A stretch of 64,000 nt of DNA from Camelus dromedarius (Eukaryota), in NCBI RefSeq assembly GCF_036321535.1, contig NC_087437.1:71364001-71428000 (forward strand), in the 5' to 3' direction. The position numbers and the translations under genes are program-made. Of this stretch, positions 56,497 to 64,000 are shown in pieces (positions within the stretch are counted from its first letter, which is position 1; the number at the start of each line of letters is the position of its first letter). A model generated the notes under the pieces. The model did not search any database. It saw only the letters and a program-made list of their open reading frames with translations, and had not been told where the DNA came from.

Positions 56497-56595
56497 TGGG
56501 GAATATATGTAGCTCAATGGTAGAGTGCATGCTTAGCATGCACGCCATGCGATCCTGGGTTCAATCCCCAGCATTTCTGCTAAAAAAAAAAAAAA
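56497..56595 (+). mobile_element. tRNA-derived SINE (Vic-1-like) with a micro-L1 in its tail
   Basis: A/B boxes, A14 tail; TSD aaaaaga[c/t]tgggg at 56484-56496 and 56637-56649. Confidence 0.88.
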
Positions 56596-56818
56596 GATTG
56601 TAAAATGATTATAACTCAATAAAAAAATGTTAAAAAAAAAAGATTGGGGCAGCTCTATAAATGTCTTATATTGACATATTCTTAAGATAAGTCAATAAAT
56701 GAAATACCTTTTAAAACTAGGAATATGGTTATATGTGTGAATGTATTTTAGAATGAAGGAAAAGCTCTTTGTAAAAGAAAAAGTTCGGTGCTAGCTTTAA
56801 ACTTAAGAACCGATGTTA

Positions 56819-56956
<138 letters not shown>

Positions 56957-57442
56957 CTACAGGCAAACAATCTATTAGTGATCCCTTTGCTTCTAAACAG
57001 AAATAGAATAGAAATAGTCCCTTTCCCACAGCTTGTCTATATTTAATTCCTCTTATAATCTGTGTTCCCAAAGTAATACTCCCCATCACTCCAACCTCTT
57101 CCCTCTATCCCACTGTGCTGTAAAGTAAATAGCCATTATTTCCATTTCATAAGTGAAGTCCATTATTTTATGGAAAAAGAAATATTACTATAGTAACAAA
57201 GTAGATCATAAAATTCTATGTAAAGTTCATACTTATAAGTGTTTTGTCTATTTCAACTTCCTCCCAATTAACTGAAAACCACCAGAACGCGAAAAGAGAC
57301 TTTCAAGTATTTAACTGAAAAATTCAAATTCCTTTCTGTGAATATACAAACTGAATCACAAATATAATTAGAAAATTCCCTAAAAGATCCTAACAAATGA
57401 GAGCATTGCTCCAGACCCAACATAAAGTTTTATTAAATGTCA

Positions 57443-57736
<294 letters not shown>

Positions 57737-58139
57737 TTAAAGAAAGAAAGCACTTTAAAATATTGTCATCTGTATCTATATACACGCTTACAAAGATAGA
57801 TATACAGATATACAGTAATTGCTCCCCTAGTTTGCACCTATAGTAGTGTATGTTGTTCATTATAATTAATCATCTCTATCGTCTTTAACAGCTAAAATAC
57901 ATTCTGTACGGTAACTGGAGGACAGGAATATAAAAATCAGGTAGATAAGATAGTACTAAAGATATTCTGAATGCTAACATAGTTTATGAAAGGACAATGT
58001 AAGAATTAAAGCTAAAAGAAAATTATAAATACTTTGGAAAGTTGCCTTCTGAAATAAATAAGAAGACCTAAGAAATTTGTATCTTGCTACAAAGGTTAAT
58101 GAACAAAGGCTTTTATTAAGGTGTTAAGTCAATCCCCTT

Positions 58140-60900
58140 CTGCCTATTCAATAACTATTTATGAAGTACTTCCTAGGTACTAAAAATTATGCTTGGAGAT
58201 GCTGGAGAGACAACAGCAAAGAAGATAGCCATGTTTCTGTACTCACAGAGCTCACCCTCCAGTGTGGTACACTGGAGAGTCAGCTGGTGGTTACAATACC
58301 ATATAGCAACCACTTTCACACTTTCCCTAAAAAGTGGCAGTGAAGAGTGAAATACCCTCAAAGACAGAGGAAAGTGAATGTCACTCTGTGTGTGTGTGTG
58401 TGTGTGTGTGTGGCAGGACGGTCTGGGCAGAAGAAATGAGATATAATGCTAACGGAAATTCCTTTGTAATAGTGTGTTTTATCACAAAATTCACAGAAAC
58501 ACTGCTTCCTTAATAATCATAACAGAACTTTCTCATATAAAACTAATATGCATTAAAATGTTTTCTCCTTCAAACATTTCAGTGACTCTGATAAACTAAG
58601 AAGGTATATCTATTCATCCTGTGGCTCTGTATACCTCTTTCAAATCACTTTTAAGCTGGGGTAGTGAGGTGGGGCTGAGTGTGCCCCACTTTAGAAGTTC
58701 AACAATCCAATGTGAAAAGTGCTATCATAGAGACCATCCAAGGTTTGTGGGAGTACACAGGAAGGGGTACAAAGTCTGACAATGTACTGGAGTGGGGTTA
58801 GGAAATTCTTTCCAAAAGAAGCTAAGGCCTAAAAGGAAATAGAAATTAGCCAGATACAGGGAAATAACATTCCACACAGAGGCAAAAGCATGCACAAAGG
58901 TCCAGGGGCAAAAGGGAGCATTGCTTAAGGAATTAAAAGTCCTTCAGTAAGCCTGGAAGATGGTGTATAATGAAGCAGTTGGGCTGTCAACTGGCTGAGA
59001 CAAAACTGGAAGGTAAGCAGTAGCCAGATCATGGGTAGTATTGTAAAAAGTTACGGAGTATGTGTTTGACTCGAGAGCAATAAAGAGCACATAGGGGTTT
59101 TGAGCAAAACAGTGCAGGATCACGTATGTGTTTTAGTTGGATCACTATGTAATTTGGACAACCACTTAGAAAGAAGGCAAGACTGAAGATGGGAAGTCTG
59201 ATTAAATGTGATTATTGCAGGAATTAGGGTAAGATCCTTAATGACGTGGAGTTAGGATGAAAATGCAGATACAAAATATTTAGGGAATAGAGTAATAGCA
59301 CTAGTTCACTACTTAGATGTGGGGGAAGGGTAAGACTGATCCTTGAGAGAAGTCACAGGTTTTAAATTAGGCATCCATGAGACGTATGATAATGCCATTT
59401 GTTGAGAGAGGCAGCAAAGTTTCAAGGAAAAGAGTGGTGATTAGATGATGATTTTAGTTTTAAACATACTGACTTTGAGGCACCTGTATTCAAAAGGAGA
59501 GGTATAATCAGAAGTGGATATGTGAGCCTGGAACTCAGAAGAGATCTGGGATGAAGATACAGATTAAGGAATCATCACATACAATGAAGTCATCCACAGA
59601 GGATAGGATATATAGTGAGGAAAGAGGAAGCCCTAGAGGAGGGAAAAACTCTGAAGAAATATTAAAGTTAAGGGAGAAGAAACCTGCAACGGAGAATAAG
59701 CAATAGCTTCTTGTAGACAGAAGCTAACCAGAAGAGCAAAGAAAGAGGGGAGTAGAGAGCAATATCCCAAGTTGTAAGAATTAAGAAAATACTAAAACTT
59801 GGTTATTGAGTTACCAGTATAGGAGTAACTGACGATGTTAGCAAGAGCAGTCTGGAGTGAGGTGTGGAGCAGGAGTACAGGGAATTAGAGGGGGACAAGC
59901 GAAGACAACTAATTCATTCTTTCAAGAGGTTTGGCTGTGAAGATGAGGAGACAAGCAGTGGAAGGTAGAATGGAGGAAGGGTAGAGGGTAGACATTTTTT
60001 CATTACATGGGAGTTAAGGGAGGATCACTTAATGAGAGGTCTTTGAGGAGACATGAGGTGGAATAAACTCCAAAAAAAGGAAGAGAATAAGGGATGGATG
60101 GGAATGCATGTTAACTGAAGGAGTTCCAAATCTGATGGGCTCTCATGAGAATTTCTCTGTGAAGGATCTAGCATGATCATTTGCCAAGAATGAAGGAGAA
60201 AGAAGAGTGGAGCTGAAGGTCTGAGGCAAGAGGAGAGGGCTGAAATAGTCACCGAGGAGAGCAGGAGAATGATAATTAGGGGAATGTAGAAAGATTGTGC
60301 CACAGTAGTGAGATACCAACTTGCACCTATTATTTCTTTTTCTCAGCAGCCTGTGGAGATTCGGGAGAAGGAGACAGCTGGACTGATTCACAGTTGGTAT
60401 TTGCCAGATGGGTGTGACAGAAGACAAAGAAACAAGAGAATTTAATAATACTGGCAAATATTTGTAAAAGTGATAGACTATTAAATGTAAGCCGGATAGT
60501 GAAGGATATGGAAACAGGAGGTACTGACTAATAAGAGTCTAAGACTGAAGATCTTATGAGAGAGAATGGTGAGAACAACACAGAGAGCAGTTTTGAAGGG
60601 TAAGAGTTTAAAAGGTAAGTGGGACACATATGGGTTGGTAATGAGAAGGTGAAGGAGTTATTATATCATTGCTTCAGCCTTTTCTGTGAATCAAATGATG
60701 AAGTCATTCGCTGAAAGTAAAGCAGGATATGGTGACGTCTACAATTTAAAGAGAAAGGACGTTTTTAAGCAGTCAATGAAGAAAATGGCAAAGAGCAGAC
60801 TACAAATTAAGAAAGATTGCTGGGTAGCATAGAGAATGCAGATGATTTTAGAAATCATCAATTTATAGTAACATCAATCTACTAATTCTAGAATAACTTA
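58140..60900 (-). mobile_element. Long L2 remnant in ATP6V1A intron 6
   Basis: Reverse complement of the L2 3' end (attcaataactatttatgaagtac) followed by purine-rich antisense L2 text. Confidence 0.75.
58387..58412. repeat. (TG)13 microsatellite
   Basis: Direct reading. Confidence 0.97.
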
Positions 60901-61162
60901 AGAAAAATAGTTATAGTGTTTTGGCACAGGTTTCCTTCTGTACATTTTATTTTTTCAGAAAATTTAAGAATACTTTCCCTTTGCAACTATGAAAAAATAA
61001 ATCTTCAATGGTTTGACTCTAATAGCATTGGAAAAAATATAAATATATTTCTCTAGATAAAACTTATAGGATTAGCACATAAAACCTTTACCCACAAAAA
61101 AGTGAAAAAATAATGACCTGTAATAACTCTAAGGGAAAACCATGGGACACAGCTCAAACTTA

Positions 61163-61315
<153 letters not shown>

Positions 61316-62504
61316 CTATAAAAATACAGCAGAATTTTAAGTACACTCAAATTTATGAACATTCCTTCCCCTAAGAACAAAGTGAATCCAGATTTCTCTC
61401 CAGGGGTAGGGAGGTGATGAGGGAGATCTACACTTTTTACTGTCAATCTTTATATATCATTCTCATTTTTTTCAACCAAGTGCATTTATTACCATTTTAA
61501 TGATTTAAAAAAGAAATTTAGAAGTTTTTGAGAAAGAGGTAACTCAAGTAACAGAAGAATAGTTAAATAAATTATATGACTACGCACAGGGAAAATTCAT
61601 AAAGGCTACAGAAGATACTCCTGGGACTGACAAGGAAGAAATGAAAGCCTTTATAATCTATTTTCCATTCTTTGTTTTGTTTATTTTATTATAATGCTCT
61701 TATAATGCTTTAATGAAAAATATTAGTCTATTAAGAACCCTAAAATATTTAATATAGTTAAATATTTTAAATCACTTATAAAAGCAAAAAGACAATGAGT
61801 AATACTCTTTAATATTTGTGAACACTGAGATGGTTTTACCTCTTCATAAACAATCCCAAAGTCCATACACCTAGAGAAACCTGTAATTTCATTGATGCAT
61901 GAATCTGAAATATCTACTTCAGGGTTGCTCTTTCATGTACAGGTGAGTCTCTAAGCTAGTCAGTAAGGTTAGCTGATTGCCCAGAATCTCAATCTTAACT
62001 CTTTTGTTTTCTATATGTTGTAGAATACAGACCTATTCTTGTGAAATGATTAAAAAATTGTTCTTTTACCATTTTTTATTGGGAAAAAGTTATACGTTAC
62101 AATGGTCTTCTCAATAAAGCTATCTTCATACCCAAAAGACTATTATGTGGCTCCTGTATTTGATATGATGTGACCATCAATCACTCAGAGTAAGAATTCA
62201 TGTAATCCATTATACAATTCATTAAGTAAATAGAGACTGACAATTAAAATCAAAATCTACTCTATGTCTAAAGAATCAGGGCTTTAAATAATGTAGCGTA
62301 AGTTAAGAAGGTAGCTTATACTAGCTATTTCTCCTCAAAAAGAAACAGTATATTTTGTTTTCTGTATTTCCAAGCCCAAGTTTTAAAGAAAAAAATCTTA
62401 AAGAAAAAACAATTATGGGAGTTACTTAAAACCTACACATTAAATGAATTATATAACTATTTAGAGCACTAAAGCTGGGCAACTATCATACACAAGTAGG
62501 GTCA

Positions 62505-62672
<168 letters not shown>

Positions 62673-62929
62673 CTAGAGAACAAATGCACTTGCTGTTTAA
62701 TGTTCAAATCAATGTCAAGCTGTTTAACATTCAATAAACATCAAGTAGATTCACAGTTGCTATTATTTAAATCATTTGCCTCACTTATCAATAAAATATA
62801 TTAGTTCTATAATCCTTCTAGTAGATCTAAAGAAAAGTGTAAACTATGTTTCTGTGCTTTATTTTTATTTTGACTAAGAGTACAAAATAGTTCACGAAAC
62901 ACTCATTTCACATTCTTTCAACAACTTTA

Positions 62930-63262
<333 letters not shown>

Positions 63263-63268
63263 CTAAAC

Positions 63269-63830
63269 CAGATATTCTCAAACTTTCAGTCCACAGCATC
63301 TTAAGTGTTTCAGTAACCTTTTCATAGTGACCCACAACAAAAGATATATTTAAAACTTCCAGATATTAAATAGTTATGTCCAAATATCTTAATAAATATA
63401 TACATCCTCATAACTAAGTAGGACTTTGAAAGAAAAATATACATAAATTGAAAGAAAAAGAGAATATTTTAACTTCATTTTTAAATAACCTCAATTCTTA
63501 CAAATAGGGTTTATATGCCTGCTGGGTATTCTACAATCTTCAAACCTTAGAATCAGATTGAATGCCTATTCCACAATCATTTTCATATACTTGATTTTTA
63601 GCTTAGCAATTGCCAAAAACTCAGCTTCACAAAGATATGACATCACTGACAAGAACATAGTGCAGTCAAATAATAAAACTGTTTATTATCTCAAGCTACT
63701 AGTTTATGTGGTATCTGACAAGATGTCTAATATTCCTGTGTTAACCGCAAAAACTTAAAATATCCTGGAGCATCACATGAGTTTACTACAGCTGTCCAGA
63801 GTGCCTTGGTACATAATTTGGGAACCACAG
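63269..63830. mobile_element. hAT-Charlie-type non-autonomous DNA transposon
   Basis: Degenerate TIRs CAGATATTCTCAAACT / AATTTGGGAACCACAG; 8-bp TSD agctaaac (63261-63268) / ggctaaaa (63831-63838). Confidence 0.65.
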
Positions 63831-64000
63831 GGCTAAAAATAGTAGCAAAGGCCTCTCCATAATACATTGCTTCAACTACACTGGTGAGGAAGATCAGTTC
63901 TCTAAAAAGGATATTAGTATCTGGACAAAGACCTAAACTCTTTAGACTGAGAAAGGACCAAAAAACTTAAGACTTAACGATCATTAAGAGACTAATAAAT

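Overview
Mammalian genomic DNA, AT-rich and dense in repeats. The tRNA-derived SINEs and L1 3' ends point to a camelid (inference). Two spliced protein-coding genes lie on the minus strand. (1) ATP6V1A (V-ATPase catalytic subunit A): 12 coding exons (4-15 in human numbering) from 63168 down to the TAG at 44590, all with GT-AG boundaries and continuous frame, followed by a ~2.6 kb 3' UTR; exons 1-3 lie beyond the window end. (2) GRAMD1C (Aster-C): CpG-island promoter near 19.0-19.65 kb, coding exon 1 (19398-19424) and exon 2 (14313-14456), then intron 2 running off the window start. The rest is mostly transposon relics: young and old L1, L2, Vic-1-like SINEs, MaLR/ERVL LTRs, a class III ERV provirus remnant, Tigger1 and hAT elements. 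The most unusual spot is a ~1.5 kb block in GRAMD1C intron 2 (11.2-12.7 kb) with no repeat I recognise. It holds a stop-interrupted ~190-codon frame with speculative, collinear resemblance to the filovirus VP35 C-terminal domain, and a perfect ER6 nuclear-receptor element. Gene and repeat names come from my recall of the sequences; no database search was run.
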